Shown piece by piece: positions 27,555-37,606 of a DNA stretch of 64,000 nucleotides. The notes below the pieces were generated by a model. The model worked only from the letters and a program-made list of their open reading frames with translations. It did not search any database and had not been told where the DNA came from. Position 1 is the first letter of the stretch, and each line of letters starts with the position of its first letter. A program made the translations under genes and the position numbers. The stretch is from a virus, in IMG/VR virus record IMGVR_UViG_3300028840_007197, positions 1-64,000 of that record; one strand, written 5' to 3'.

Positions 27555-27583
27555 AGTATATATTAATTATCTCTGAATGTCAA
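27555..27583 (-). promoter_or_regulatory. Near-consensus sigma70 promoter
   Basis: TTGACA-17 nt-TATACT. Confidence 0.85.
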
Positions 27584-27722
27584 CATCTCACAGATTTTGT
27601 CCGAATTTGCATTCTTCTAGAGAAGTTCGAGGACTCCGTGGCCGTCACGATACTTTGCCAGACCAACCCCAATATGTTTGGGCTTTATCATCCCAAAAAT
27701 TATCACTATGCCCAGTCTCCTT

Positions 27723-28646
27723 TTATAGAGTCTTATGAATAACGTAGAAAGGGTCGCCCTGTTTTGATTTCGAGATTCTTCTCTTCAAACGAGGCAGATT
27801 CTCTTCTTCTTCTAGCTGAGCGAACTCAATCCAGATCTTCGGAGACATTTTCGCGAGCTCGTCGATTTTCTTCTCGATTAGCTGAGTTAGAAGTACGAAG
27901 CCGCGCTGAACGATCAGACGAATAAACGAATATTTGCGGCGATTCGCTTCGAAATTCTCCCACACCTGTTCACACTCTTCACAATAACCTTCGACTAACA
28001 AGACATCCGCATGAACAGGACATTCGTAGAATAGATCCGCAGGAAATTCGCCAATCGCGTATAGAATTTGAAGTTCGCTCTCAACGATAAACGTTTTTGG
28101 CGTTTCTTGACGACGAGCCATCTTAATCATCGATAGCGACGTTTCTACGTCAATCGTTCCATCTTTTCGAAACACGATACAAGGTCGACGATTAGTACGC
28201 TTCTGAAGCTGTTCTTCAATCTCAACAGGACAATCTCTACCGTACTTCTCAAGAAGATCTTCATCTCACCATTGACCTATCGGCCGAATTTGTTTAACGA
28301 CTTCCGCAATCGTAGTAGCGCTTTGGGCGGATTGCTCCGTCGTAAAGGGATCGAGACCTCTTAGAACGTTCCACGCAGCACGAACACGAGGAGAGGGAAA
28401 ATAGAAGCCTAACCCTCGTAAGACGTGTTCAAAGTCGCCCACAGAGACAGATCCTGATTCGAGCATTTGAAAGCCGAATTCAGAATCATCGACGCCTGAT
28501 TTTTCAAGTGAGACTTTTAGAATGGCGGAGGCGGCTTCATCCGGGTCATCAGGATACGACTTTCGATAACCTTCGGGAACGTCTTTGAGGTAAGGCTTAA
28601 GAATAGCAGAGGCTTGCTCAATACGAGCGGAGAGTTTAGAAGACAT
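27723..28646 (-). pseudogene. Single ~307-codon gene interrupted by one in-frame TGA at 28266-28268
   Basis: Track ORFs 28266..28724 and 27723..28175 are in the same frame and the intervening 30 codons are open (PIGQW*DEDLLEKYGRDCP...); SD GGAGGT precedes ATG 28646. Confidence 0.65.
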
Positions 28647-28778
28647 ACGTCGACCTCCACCATTACGATACGTCTTAACGCTTTCTAAGTTCCAATCTCT
28701 GGCGGCATATACAGCTCGTCTCAAGAATCTGTCTAGCTAATTCCGAATAAATATTTATGAGCTTATCGAAGAGCTATG

Positions 28779-30380
28779 TCATATCTGCTCATCAACGCCG
28801 CCCTGAACGTCATTTATCAGCTTATCAATCTGGTCCCGTATACGGCTCACATCAGAACTTTCGGTCTTACTTGCGAAACGAGCTCTAAGACCATCCTGCT
28901 TATCATCATCCCAACCTACCCACTTCAACAGGTAATTAAGCTGCTCAGCCATGGTGGTGACGAGATTAGTCTTATTCCTCAATACCCGAAGTACTGTTTC
29001 AGTATCGAGCTCTTTCCCGGCATGGAACGCGTCATACATGGACTCTTTCAGTACTTGTTCTATTTCCCTTCCAGAAAGGTCCTCGCTGGAAGAAGCCAAC
29101 TGATCCAGGAAGAACTTTGAGGTGTCTTTTTTGAGCTTTCTAAGATGGATGGAGAAAATATCCTTTCGTTCCTGAAATTGAGGAAGACCAACAAAGAAGG
29201 TCTCGTCAAACCTTGATATGAGCTCTGGCGGTAGATTCTCGATATTATTAGACGTTGCAACCGTAAACACCGAATGGTTACAGTCCTGCAACCAGATAAG
29301 GAATGAACCTATCACACGTGCTGTAACTCCACCATCACTGTATGTGCTACTATGGATACCGGCAAAGCCCTTTTCAATCTCATCGATCATAAGAACACAG
29401 GGGGAAATGTTCTCAACTATTTTAAGCATTCTTCGTAGATTGGCCTCAGACTCTCCTACTCGTATTGAAAAGAGCCTTCCGAGGTCCAGCTGAATTACCG
29501 GGAGCCCCCATTGATTACCAATCGCTTTACATATCATGGATTTTCCACAGCCCGAAAGCCCCACGAGAAGCAGACCCTTAAGCAGTGGCAGACCAAAGGC
29601 CCTGCCCTCAACGGTCCATCCTCCGGCACTCTTCTCTATCCATGCCTTAAGCTGTGGCATACCCCCAATATCATTAAAAGTTAGGTCTGTTTCGAGCAGG
29701 GTCAAGAGGTCGGTTTTGGCTATAGAAGCCTTCTTAAAATCTCTGATGAAACCAAGTTCTATCCCCTTATACATGAAAAAAGATTGAAGATAGGCCTGCT
29801 CCACCTCAAAACGGGTCAGACCTTTAAGATTGTTCACCACCTCTTCACTGGGAGCCTTTCCAATCTTACTCAATTCCAGTTTGGACGATATATGGTCACT
29901 ATGTTCTTTAAGCTCATTTTCATCGGGAAGGTCAAAGAATACGATCTCTGACAATCTATCGAGGTCTGGAGGTATACACAGAGTCTGAGAAATAAAAACC
30001 ATATTACAGGTGAAGTTCTCATCAAGTTGATATCTCGATAAAATATCTTTAATCTTACGTATATTCTGTGGGTCTCTTATATAGTTTTGGCAGTCTAAGA
30101 AAACATACGTCTTAAAGGTATGTTGCCTCTTTGAATCAAAGGTCTGTTTTAATATGGAATCGAGAACCTGTATAGTCGTCTGAGCAGCGCCTTTAGAGGC
30201 TGAAGAGAAGGATTCATCTAGAAGGGTCGTTAATTCATACACACCTGAAAAGGTGGTGCTATAGACATGATAAGAGCCCTTTTTATACTTATCTCTCAGA
30301 TATAATAGAACTTCAAGGTCACTCTCAGCTACAACAAAAATCAGGGGCCTATTAGCCCCTAGGCACTGATGGAGTTTCAT
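28779..30380 (-). CDS. AAA+ ATPase, Ycf46/SpoVK-like
   Basis: DIGG...LK.W, GLLLVGLSGCGKS, VLMIDEIEKGF, ATSN...LPPEL..RFDE; degenerate N-terminal AAA domain. Confidence 0.88.
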   Translation of the reverse strand: MKLHQCLGANRPLIFVVAESDLEVLLYLRDKYKKGSYHVYSTTFSGVYELTTLLDESFSSASKGAAQTTIQVLDSILKQTFDSKRQHTFKTYVFLDCQNYIRDPQNIRKIKDILSRYQLDENFTCNMVFISQTLCIPPDLDRLSEIVFFDLPDENELKEHSDHISSKLELSKIGKAPSEEVVNNLKGLTRFEVEQAYLQSFFMYKGIELGFIRDFKKASIAKTDLLTLLETDLTFNDIGGMPQLKAWIEKSAGGWTVEGRAFGLPLLKGLLLVGLSGCGKSMICKAIGNQWGLPVIQLDLGRLFSIRVGESEANLRRMLKIVENISPCVLMIDEIEKGFAGIHSSTYSDGGVTARVIGSFLIWLQDCNHSVFTVATSNNIENLPPELISRFDETFFVGLPQFQERKDIFSIHLRKLKKDTSKFFLDQLASSSEDLSGREIEQVLKESMYDAFHAGKELDTETVLRVLRNKTNLVTTMAEQLNYLLKWVGWDDDKQDGLRARFASKTESSDVSRIRDQIDKLINDVQGGVDEQI

Positions 30381-30390
30381 TGATTATACT

Positions 30391-30615
30391 CTAACCACAG
30401 AAAATTTTATTAGATCCGTATTTAGTATAGTTTGCCCGTTCTTCTGCGGACATTACATATTTGATGATAAAATCGCTGAATTCGGTATTAACCCATTCGA
30501 TATAGGTGCTACCGTCGGGAAGGATCTGAATCTCCTGAACCTTGTTAGGGTCTAATGATTTGGAGAGTGATGATTCCCTGATCGTTGACGGACTGTCTGA
30601 TTTCGTTTCCTTCAC
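30391..30615 (-). CDS. Small hypothetical protein
   Basis: EIQILPDGSTYIE resembles a DUF2997-type hairpin; ends in FCG; start uncertain. Confidence 0.5.
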   Translation of the reverse strand: MKETKSDSPSTIRESSLSKSLDPNKVQEIQILPDGSTYIEWVNTEFSDFIIKYVMSAEERANYTKYGSNKIFCG

Positions 30616-30859
30616 GAATGGCCTGGTCCCTATAAAAGTTCACGGTATAGTTCTGTTTGATTTTATCGACCTTCGTCTGATGAACAGAGTCATACTTGAT
30701 CTTACCGGCATTTCCATCGATGGTAATGCCGCCATACGTTCCGGAAACCGTTACCATTTCGTTAGAATTCTTGTTGTAGGAATACTTCAACTCATCAAGA
30801 GTCTGAAGCATGATATCCATATTCTGGACCTGGAACTCAACCGTAATACTCCTGGACAT
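30545..30859 (-). CDS. DUF1257 (Ycf35-like) family protein
   Basis: MS...V..Q.....L..L.EL.Y...IKQNY.......A..EG......V...G.I.L pattern, next to a Ycf46-like ATPase. Confidence 0.7.
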   Translation of the reverse strand: MSRSITVEFQVQNMDIMLQTLDELKYSYNKNSNEMVTVSGTYGGITIDGNAGKIKYDSVHQTKVDKIKQNYTVNFYRDQAIREGNEIRQSVNDQGIITLQIIRP

Positions 30860-30863
30860 GATG

Positions 30864-31040
30864 TCATCCCTTTCTCTGCACAGACTGGAAAGCTGGCTGA
30901 TGGTCCTCATCCTTCTCCGACGTTACCTTACCGGCACTATGGCCAAGGTCTGAAAGCTTGTGGCACTGTTCGCTATGCTCCAAACCTACTATTTTCGAGT
31001 CCCCATTCGGATAGATGGTAATCTCTGAATTTGGCAACAT
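30864..31040 (-). CDS. DUF2997-like small protein (58 aa, not in the ORF track)
   Basis: MLPNSEITIYPNGDSKIVGLEHSEQCHKL...GKVTSE; G-rich SD; gene context. Confidence 0.6.
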   Translation of the reverse strand: MLPNSEITIYPNGDSKIVGLEHSEQCHKLSDLGHSAGKVTSEKDEDHQPAFQSVQRKG

Positions 31041-31052
31041 CGAAGCCCCCTT

Positions 31053-31781
31053 TTATGGATGGATATTCAGTTTTTGAAAGAGTCGATGCGAGGTAAACTG
31101 ACCATTCTGCTCTAGAGATATGCCCCATTTATCCATGAACGCCTGCATATCCTTCTGATGCCACTCAGATACATTCTTTGAGGCGTTCAATCGATGGAGA
31201 ACCTTCGATTCAGGCTCATACCATACTTCCCAGCCTCGATATCTAGCCCAGAAGCAGTAATCGGAGTCCGAATAGACGAGATACATGTTCTCATCTAGGA
31301 CCCCGATACGCTTAACCATCTCTCGGCGCAGCATCACACTGGCAAAGTTGACCCAGATAGACTTTTCCGGTATCCTGCAATGACCCATAGAGACTCTGCC
31401 ACCCTTATGGACTCCTGATGGAAAAGCTCTCATGGTTCCGCCATGCCGGATAAGGTCCCTATCCTCGGGATCTAACTGCATGGACCCAGCAATTCCAACT
31501 TTCTCATGAGACTCTATCCTTCTTATAAGGGCATCCTGAGCTCCAGGGAGGACCACAGCGTCCTGATTTAGAAGCCAGATATAGGGGGAAGAGCTAGATA
31601 GTATGCCCTCATTGACGGCCTTTGTGAATCCCCTATTCGTTTCATTATTATCAATAATAATGAGATTGTAGCTAGACTCCTCACAGTGGTCCTTGATTGA
31701 GCCTATGAGACGGTGCATGTCCCCAGGATCGCCATAGAGGACCACAATGATATCGGTGGTAATAGGCATTAAATACCTCAA
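31053..31781 (-). CDS. GT2 glycosyltransferase
   Basis: IIDN, NRGFTKAVNEG, LLNQD, IGVLDE...YSDSDYC...R..G. Confidence 0.88.
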   Translation of the reverse strand: MRYLMPITTDIIVVLYGDPGDMHRLIGSIKDHCEESSYNLIIIDNNETNRGFTKAVNEGILSSSSPYIWLLNQDAVVLPGAQDALIRRIESHEKVGIAGSMQLDPEDRDLIRHGGTMRAFPSGVHKGGRVSMGHCRIPEKSIWVNFASVMLRREMVKRIGVLDENMYLVYSDSDYCFWARYRGWEVWYEPESKVLHRLNASKNVSEWHQKDMQAFMDKWGISLEQNGQFTSHRLFQKLNIHP

Positions 31782-31843
31782 GAGAATGAGCCGGAATCGA
31801 ATTATCCCGGCCTTACAAAATGATACCGAATCTGGAAGATATA

Positions 31844-32536
31844 TTAAAGTTTGCGGCGGATACGCTTTTTTCTTGGCTTCCTGGGAAAATCGAAGCCATA
31901 CTCACGAAGAGCCTGTTCTATCTCCTTTTTAAGGAGACATATGAACATATCCGTGACACCGTACATCTTTGCTATCTCGCTGTTCTTGTATCCCTCTTTA
32001 ATGTAGCAGTAGACATCATAGCGGGTGCAACGTTTGACCTGAACGTCCTTGAAGGACCGTTTCTTGAGAGGGATACGTTTAGATCCATACCCCTTCACGA
32101 ATTTTCTCTCGAAGTCGCTCAGCTCAAGAGGAAGGCCCTCTGGGTCATCAGAAACTGCGTTTCGCCTGAGCATATCACGATACTCGTTGGCGATACGGTT
32201 GTAGCGTAGTATGAAATCGATATCTTCACTCGATTCCTGTCCTGAGAGGGCTTGAAAGGAAACAGTCTGCTTGTTTCTCCAGGTGCGGTTTTCCCTGGAG
32301 AAGACCTGATTGCAGATCATGTTTCTTACGATGCGGAAAAGATACGTCGAGACCTTAGAGCGTTGAGGATCGTAATGATCCTCCATAAGTCTACCGGAAA
32401 TAATTCGCACACATAAATCATTGGTGACATCTCCTGCCGTATCGACCCCAAAAGCATGGCAGAGGGATGTTACCATGTGGCGAATCTCCTCATGATTCTG
32501 TCGAACGAACTCCTTTGAATTGTTGATGTACACCAT
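31844..32536 (-). CDS. Phage sigma70-family (ECF-like) sigma factor
   Basis: Region 2-like D..ND.......YDPQRSKVSTYLFRIVRN; region 4-like EGYKNSEIAKMYGVT. Confidence 0.72.
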   Translation of the reverse strand: MVYINNSKEFVRQNHEEIRHMVTSLCHAFGVDTAGDVTNDLCVRIISGRLMEDHYDPQRSKVSTYLFRIVRNMICNQVFSRENRTWRNKQTVSFQALSGQESSEDIDFILRYNRIANEYRDMLRRNAVSDDPEGLPLELSDFERKFVKGYGSKRIPLKKRSFKDVQVKRCTRYDVYCYIKEGYKNSEIAKMYGVTDMFICLLKKEIEQALREYGFDFPRKPRKKRIRRKL

Positions 32537-32806
32537 TCAAGGGCCCCCTCGGAAACGTGGTATGATTGTTGCTGCTGATACTTTGTGTGTTTTTCTTCAT
32601 TTTAGAACCCCATTGATAAATGGGGTGGTATTTATGTATTGTATCATGGACTTATCAAAAGGAGCTACAGTAAAGAGAAAGGTTAGACTATCTTATGCCT
32701 TAAAAGACAAAGGATAATCTAATGACGGCTATGACCGGAGCTCGATTTGATTTCATAAGTAAAGGGGATACAAAGAGTTATACGACCAAAAACCGCCTGA
32801 AATAAG

Positions 32807-32835
32807 AATATAAACCATAACCAAATGTAAGTCAA
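32807..32835 (-). promoter_or_regulatory. Sigma70-type promoter upstream of the phage sigma gene
   Basis: TTGACT-17 nt-TATATT, the same hexamers as the tRNA operon promoter. Confidence 0.75.
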
Positions 32836-32908
32836 GGCGAAAAAACTAACTATAACACTAATAAATTCAAGTGGTTATAAATATGCAGAAAAATAAAAAG
32901 TCTGGTGG

Positions 32909-33112
32909 TCATACGGGTCCCTTCAAAACATAATTCTTATGTATTAAGGCATCCATCCTTATAACCTTCTTACCCATTGCCACTAGTAACCGGGCCTGCT
33001 CCTCCATCTGTTCTTTATACCCCTCCAACTTCTGAACTTTTCTTCTCAAAATTGTGACCTGCTTCTTCAGGTCATCTATTTCCTTCTCCAGGTCTCTCTG
33101 CTGCTTGTTCAT
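32909..33112 (-). CDS. Small coiled-coil protein
   Basis: Heptad pattern; SD GAGAGG. Confidence 0.6.
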   Translation of the reverse strand: MNKQQRDLEKEIDDLKKQVTILRRKVQKLEGYKEQMEEQARLLVAMGKKVIRMDALIHKNYVLKGPV

Positions 33113-33120
33113 TACCTCTC

Positions 33121-35592
33121 CTAAAGGCCGAAAAAGCGTGCTAGAGCCAAAAAGCCATCTCTACTAACCTTCAAATCTGATACCATAAGATGATTACCCT
33201 TATTGTCCTTGATTCGAAGGACAGCCTTTTTACCGTTATAGACAGGCTTTTTCTGATCCTCAACTAGAAACGGTATGATTGTATTCAACATCCTCAAGGA
33301 ACTCATATTGGTTCGCTTTATCGTATAGACGAGTTCCTCCTCTAAATTGGTATTTGTTTCACCCGAATTCAAGGAGAAATCGCTTTCAGGATTATTTTCA
33401 GCAGGAGACTCAGGAAGTTGAACTTCCTCTTTTTTAAGAATTTCAGGGGCGATATTCTCAGGAACGATTTCCGAAATCTTTAAATCATTCTCTTTATTTT
33501 GAGAATCCGATTCTCGCTCTTGAGAGTTTTCAGCCGGGTTTTCAGTGCGGCCTTTACTCTCATCTACTACATCTGCAGCCTTATGAAAAGTCAGCGTTTC
33601 TATGTTTTCTAACTCAGGATGCTCCTCAAAGAAATTACTCGTAGCATACCATGAGTCACCGTACTTAGCCTCAATTACAAGAGGGACTGGCCACTTAAGG
33701 ATACCCTGCAAAATATCCCTGAGCTTCATAATCTCGTTTAGCTTTGGAACATATTCCAACAGTTTCTCAGTCTTTATCTCGAAGACGAGCTCGTCATGCA
33801 TCGTTATCAAAACCCTGATCTCGTCCTGGAGATTATTGGACCGGATCCAGTTACTAACCCTTACCATGGCAGTCTTCATGATATCCGCTGACGTACCCTG
33901 AACAAGGGTGTTAACCGAACAGCGGTCTCCACGAGCCTGCATGACTCTATTATCAGAGTCATAGAAGATATTCAGGGGACGTACACGACCCATTGCCGTT
34001 TTTACGTGCTTTAGTTTCCTGGCTTTAGCTTTCTCAACCTCCATCCATCTCTTGAGTCTAGGCAGAGAAGCAAAAAAGGATACCAGTATCCTGCGAGCCT
34101 CCGGCTCGGATATTTTAGCCTGTTGTGCTATACCTACAGAACCAGCCCCGTACAGAGATTGGAAATTAACGGTTTTCCCCACTTGACGCTCGGCCTTCGA
34201 TATCTCCTGCCTATTGAAGATAGACTGACCGGTCTGACGGTGAAGATCAGCTCCGTTAAGAAAAGCATTGACCCATTTGGGCTCCTGTGACAGATTAGCA
34301 GCTACCCGCAACTCCTCTCCGGAATAATCCATAGCCACCATGGTATAACCAGGGCGAGCTACTAGAGCCTTTCTGAGGTTCGGGTCATCTGGGGAATAGT
34401 TTTTAGGGAGACTCTGGATATTCATACCACAGTAGCCGTCTATATCTATTCCCTTACCACCTGGGGATGAAAAGCGGCCGGTATCCGTGCCCGACTGATT
34501 GAACTGGAGTTTTATACATCCGTCTTCATCTTTATTCTTGAGAAGATTCACTATATACGTAGAAAGGCATTTCTCAAGGCCCCTGTACTGGACTATCTTC
34601 TTAATGACTGGATACTCATCCTGAATTTTTTCAAGGGTAGCATTATCTGTGGAGTATTGACCGGAGGCCAGTCTCTCCTTTTCAGGATAGCGATACTTCA
34701 AGAAATCAAACAGTATCCGACCTAATTGCTGGGGACTCCCGAGATTGAACTTAGTACCGACCAGACCATAAATATCATCCTCTATGGACTTGATTTTCTG
34801 TTCTATTTCAATCTTTAAATTTTCAAGGTATTCTACATCTATCTTAACGAGATTGGCCTCCATATCCATCACAACACTCGTGACACGCTTCTCAAGATTA
34901 TAAATGGCCATCTGCTGTTTAATAATATCCTGGCTCATAAAAAAGTTATAGAGGTCCAGGGTACAGACAGCGTCCGATCCACCATAAATGTAGTTTATCT
35001 TCGGAGACGTTAGGTCGAAGCGCTTATTCTTCGAGACATCGTCAAACTCCAGCATGGGCTGGTTCAAGAGTTTATTAGAGAGTACTTTTAATCCTATCTC
35101 CTTACTCCCTGCATCATATAATCTGGCTAGAATAAGGGTATCCTCAAACCGGTCATATTCCCGTATATCTAAGCCATAGTTCTTCAGAATAGCCCGGTCA
35201 TATTTAGAATTATGATAGATAGTAACACAATGAGTGCAGAGCCTTTTTATCTCAGAAAAAACCTCATCCTCAGGGAGATTATACTCAGCTCCTTCTATAT
35301 GTTTTACCGGGACATAGATACCTACTTTAGGGTTATAGGAGAGACAGAAACCAACCAGCTTGGAAGCTGATTCTGTCTTATCTCCCACTCTCTTCGATCG
35401 TGTGTTTAAGCCGGTAGTTTCTAAGTCTAGGGCGCATTTCCCAAATTCTATCGCTTCATCAATAAACTGTCGAAGTTCATCAACAGATGAAATCAGCCGG
35501 AACTCCCTGTCCTTCATCCATGGCATCTTGGATGTGAGCTCTTTTACACTATCCTCAAGAAACTCCGAGAATGTAGCCCCGACTATTTTCAT
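33121..35592 (-). CDS. polA: Family A DNA polymerase with 3'-5' exonuclease
   Basis: DLETTG, HNSKYD, TGRFSS, DYSGEELR, KTVNFQSLYG, VQGTSAD, MHDEL; acidic linker plus a small C-terminal domain. Confidence 0.95.
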   Translation of the reverse strand: MKIVGATFSEFLEDSVKELTSKMPWMKDREFRLISSVDELRQFIDEAIEFGKCALDLETTGLNTRSKRVGDKTESASKLVGFCLSYNPKVGIYVPVKHIEGAEYNLPEDEVFSEIKRLCTHCVTIYHNSKYDRAILKNYGLDIREYDRFEDTLILARLYDAGSKEIGLKVLSNKLLNQPMLEFDDVSKNKRFDLTSPKINYIYGGSDAVCTLDLYNFFMSQDIIKQQMAIYNLEKRVTSVVMDMEANLVKIDVEYLENLKIEIEQKIKSIEDDIYGLVGTKFNLGSPQQLGRILFDFLKYRYPEKERLASGQYSTDNATLEKIQDEYPVIKKIVQYRGLEKCLSTYIVNLLKNKDEDGCIKLQFNQSGTDTGRFSSPGGKGIDIDGYCGMNIQSLPKNYSPDDPNLRKALVARPGYTMVAMDYSGEELRVAANLSQEPKWVNAFLNGADLHRQTGQSIFNRQEISKAERQVGKTVNFQSLYGAGSVGIAQQAKISEPEARRILVSFFASLPRLKRWMEVEKAKARKLKHVKTAMGRVRPLNIFYDSDNRVMQARGDRCSVNTLVQGTSADIMKTAMVRVSNWIRSNNLQDEIRVLITMHDELVFEIKTEKLLEYVPKLNEIMKLRDILQGILKWPVPLVIEAKYGDSWYATSNFFEEHPELENIETLTFHKAADVVDESKGRTENPAENSQERESDSQNKENDLKISEIVPENIAPEILKKEEVQLPESPAENNPESDFSLNSGETNTNLEEELVYTIKRTNMSSLRMLNTIIPFLVEDQKKPVYNGKKAVLRIKDNKGNHLMVSDLKVSRDGFLALARFFGL

Positions 35593-36125
35593 ATAGCTAT
35601 CTCCGACAGCTTAGCTTTCATTGCATCGATATTCTTGCCCACATCATCACCCTTTGAATGTGAAAAAAGAGTCATGTAGTAGGCAGTACACAAGGCAGCA
35701 TACTTATTGAGGGGGAGTTTACCCCTGAAGTCCAAAATCTTGTTTCTGATAATTTTAAGATCCATCTCAGTAAAATCGACGGTCTGCTTTTTTATTGTGA
35801 AATCAGGACCATCAGGAACGCTTGAGACATCGACTTTATATTTATTTACGATAAAATTTATAGCTCTGACATATCCGAGCTTTTCTTTATCCATGATGAA
35901 ATCTGTGACATCCCACCTCTTCTTACAAACCCAGCAATAGCAGGAGTTAGTGCCACGATAGAAACGGGAGCTCGGTTTGTTGTCTGCTCCATGGAATGGG
36001 CACCGATATTGAACCTCATCAGCCAGCAATGGATCGAACGTGAACTGGACTCCATAATCCAGCATCACCTTAGCCAGGTCTATTTTTTCCTCTATTACTT
36101 CTCTGACCTTATTTGGGTCTTTCAT
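35589..36125 (-). CDS. CHC2 zinc-finger protein (primase Zn-binding domain only)
   Basis: CPFHG.D.KPS......CYCWVC...WD...F; too short to hold a TOPRIM domain. Confidence 0.85.
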   Translation of the reverse strand: MKDPNKVREVIEEKIDLAKVMLDYGVQFTFDPLLADEVQYRCPFHGADNKPSSRFYRGTNSCYCWVCKKRWDVTDFIMDKEKLGYVRAINFIVNKYKVDVSSVPDGPDFTIKKQTVDFTEMDLKIIRNKILDFRGKLPLNKYAALCTAYYMTLFSHSKGDDVGKNIDAMKAKLSEIAI

Positions 36126-37606
36126 GCATCAAGGGGTATTTCACTGATCAGGTTATCGTCATCCTGTGGCTTCTCAATGATATTACGCCAGTGCCTCGAA
36201 ATAAAATCCAGACGGGACTCAAATGCCTGGAAGCCCCCGCCACGACGATGTTTCAAGCATCCTATTTTCACGGTCCCGTTCCGCTTCATCTCATCGTTGA
36301 AATAAATGGTAAACACAAGGTCTGATGTTCGCTCTGCCTCATTAGCACTAGAAAGAGCGGTCAGCTTGTAGATGCCATCATTCTTTTCGGCCTCTCGCCA
36401 GCCATCACGGTTTACCTGAAACGGTGTAATGGTAATAAGTCTTCTACCGCCATCGAATGTCATGGCAGTATTCTTAAGCCTCTTAATAATGTTATTCAGA
36501 TCTACATTGAAATCCCCGTACTTATCATCCTTATCAGCTACCATAAGGCCTATGTAATCGACCACCACGAAATCGAGATTAAGACCGAGACTATCCTGAA
36601 GGGTAGAATTGTACTCTTCAAGCTTAGTATCAAGTGCAGAGGGAGTCAGCTTTTCATCTGGCTGCCATACGTAGAGATGACCATAATCAGGATTATTACA
36701 GAAATCATGAGCAGCAGCCTTAAAAAACTCCTCTTCTATTTCCGAAAGCTCCCCATAAAGGATCTTCTCGAAAGAGATCTTTCCAACAAGATTCTTGAAC
36801 TTCGGGTGAGAGAGCCACATCGGATTAGACGTATGAAGACAGTAAAAGATATTGGTCATGTCCTCATAGTTCATCTCCATGGCCACAAAAACACCGTTAA
36901 GCCCCTGCATAATCCCGTTGTACGCCAGATTCGAGCTTAAAGTCGTTTTTCCCTGCCCAACAAATCCCGCTACCATCACGAGGTCACCGGGTTTGAAACC
37001 TCTTACTGAGTCATCAATTTTATCTATGAACGTATATAGGCCCTTAGTCGTGGATGGGTCCCTTTTAACCTTATCATAAGCCTCTGTGACCTCCATGCCG
37101 ACTTCCGTGGACCGGATATCAGCCTCAGTTTTTGTCATAGATGCCCTGAACCTGAATTTCCTGGACTCAGATAGAAAGAAATCTATTGCTGAGGTCATTC
37201 CCTGAATAGTCTTCTTTTTGACCTTTAACCCGGAGGAGACGACCTGCCACGTCTTAGTAAGAAGTGATTGAAATTTATCGCGGTTCTGCTCCTCGAACTT
37301 CTCCTTTATTATTGCCTGATAGTCAGAACCTATATAAGGAGTTTCTATGGCTATCTCTTTAAGAGAAGCCATTACATTTTCATCACCGTTTTTCTGGGCC
37401 CTCTCAAAGAGGAGCTCTATTGACGGTATCTCTTCATAGTCCCTGTAGTGGGCTTCTATCCACTGATAGATTTTTATGTGGGATGGATCTTCGGGTTCTA
37501 TTTTACTGGTCAGGAAAGACCGATAATTCTTCTTTAACTCGGAAGCCTCGATTGTGGGCGTTCCACTCTTACGAACATTTATGATAGACCTGAATACGCG
37601 TTTCAT
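36122..37606 (-). CDS. dnaB: DnaB-like replicative helicase
   Basis: GF.PGDL...AGFVGQGKT, AMEM, VVDYIGL, QVNR, ERTSD, K.R.G. Confidence 0.88.
   Translation of the reverse strand: MKRVFRSIINVRKSGTPTIEASELKKNYRSFLTSKIEPEDPSHIKIYQWIEAHYRDYEEIPSIELLFERAQKNGDENVMASLKEIAIETPYIGSDYQAIIKEKFEEQNRDKFQSLLTKTWQVVSSGLKVKKKTIQGMTSAIDFFLSESRKFRFRASMTKTEADIRSTEVGMEVTEAYDKVKRDPSTTKGLYTFIDKIDDSVRGFKPGDLVMVAGFVGQGKTTLSSNLAYNGIMQGLNGVFVAMEMNYEDMTNIFYCLHTSNPMWLSHPKFKNLVGKISFEKILYGELSEIEEEFFKAAAHDFCNNPDYGHLYVWQPDEKLTPSALDTKLEEYNSTLQDSLGLNLDFVVVDYIGLMVADKDDKYGDFNVDLNNIIKRLKNTAMTFDGGRRLITITPFQVNRDGWREAEKNDGIYKLTALSSANEAERTSDLVFTIYFNDEMKRNGTVKIGCLKHRRGGGFQAFESRLDFISRHWRNIIEKPQDDDNLISEIPLDA

Noticed and set aside
28230-28268. 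Selenocysteine codon with SECIS
   Set aside because: Only a 4-5 bp hairpin follows the TGA, and the context is not a redox motif.
5197-32727. Shared 12-mer AATCTAATGACG at 5197 and 32716
   Set aside because: A single 12-mer match is expected by chance in 64 kb.
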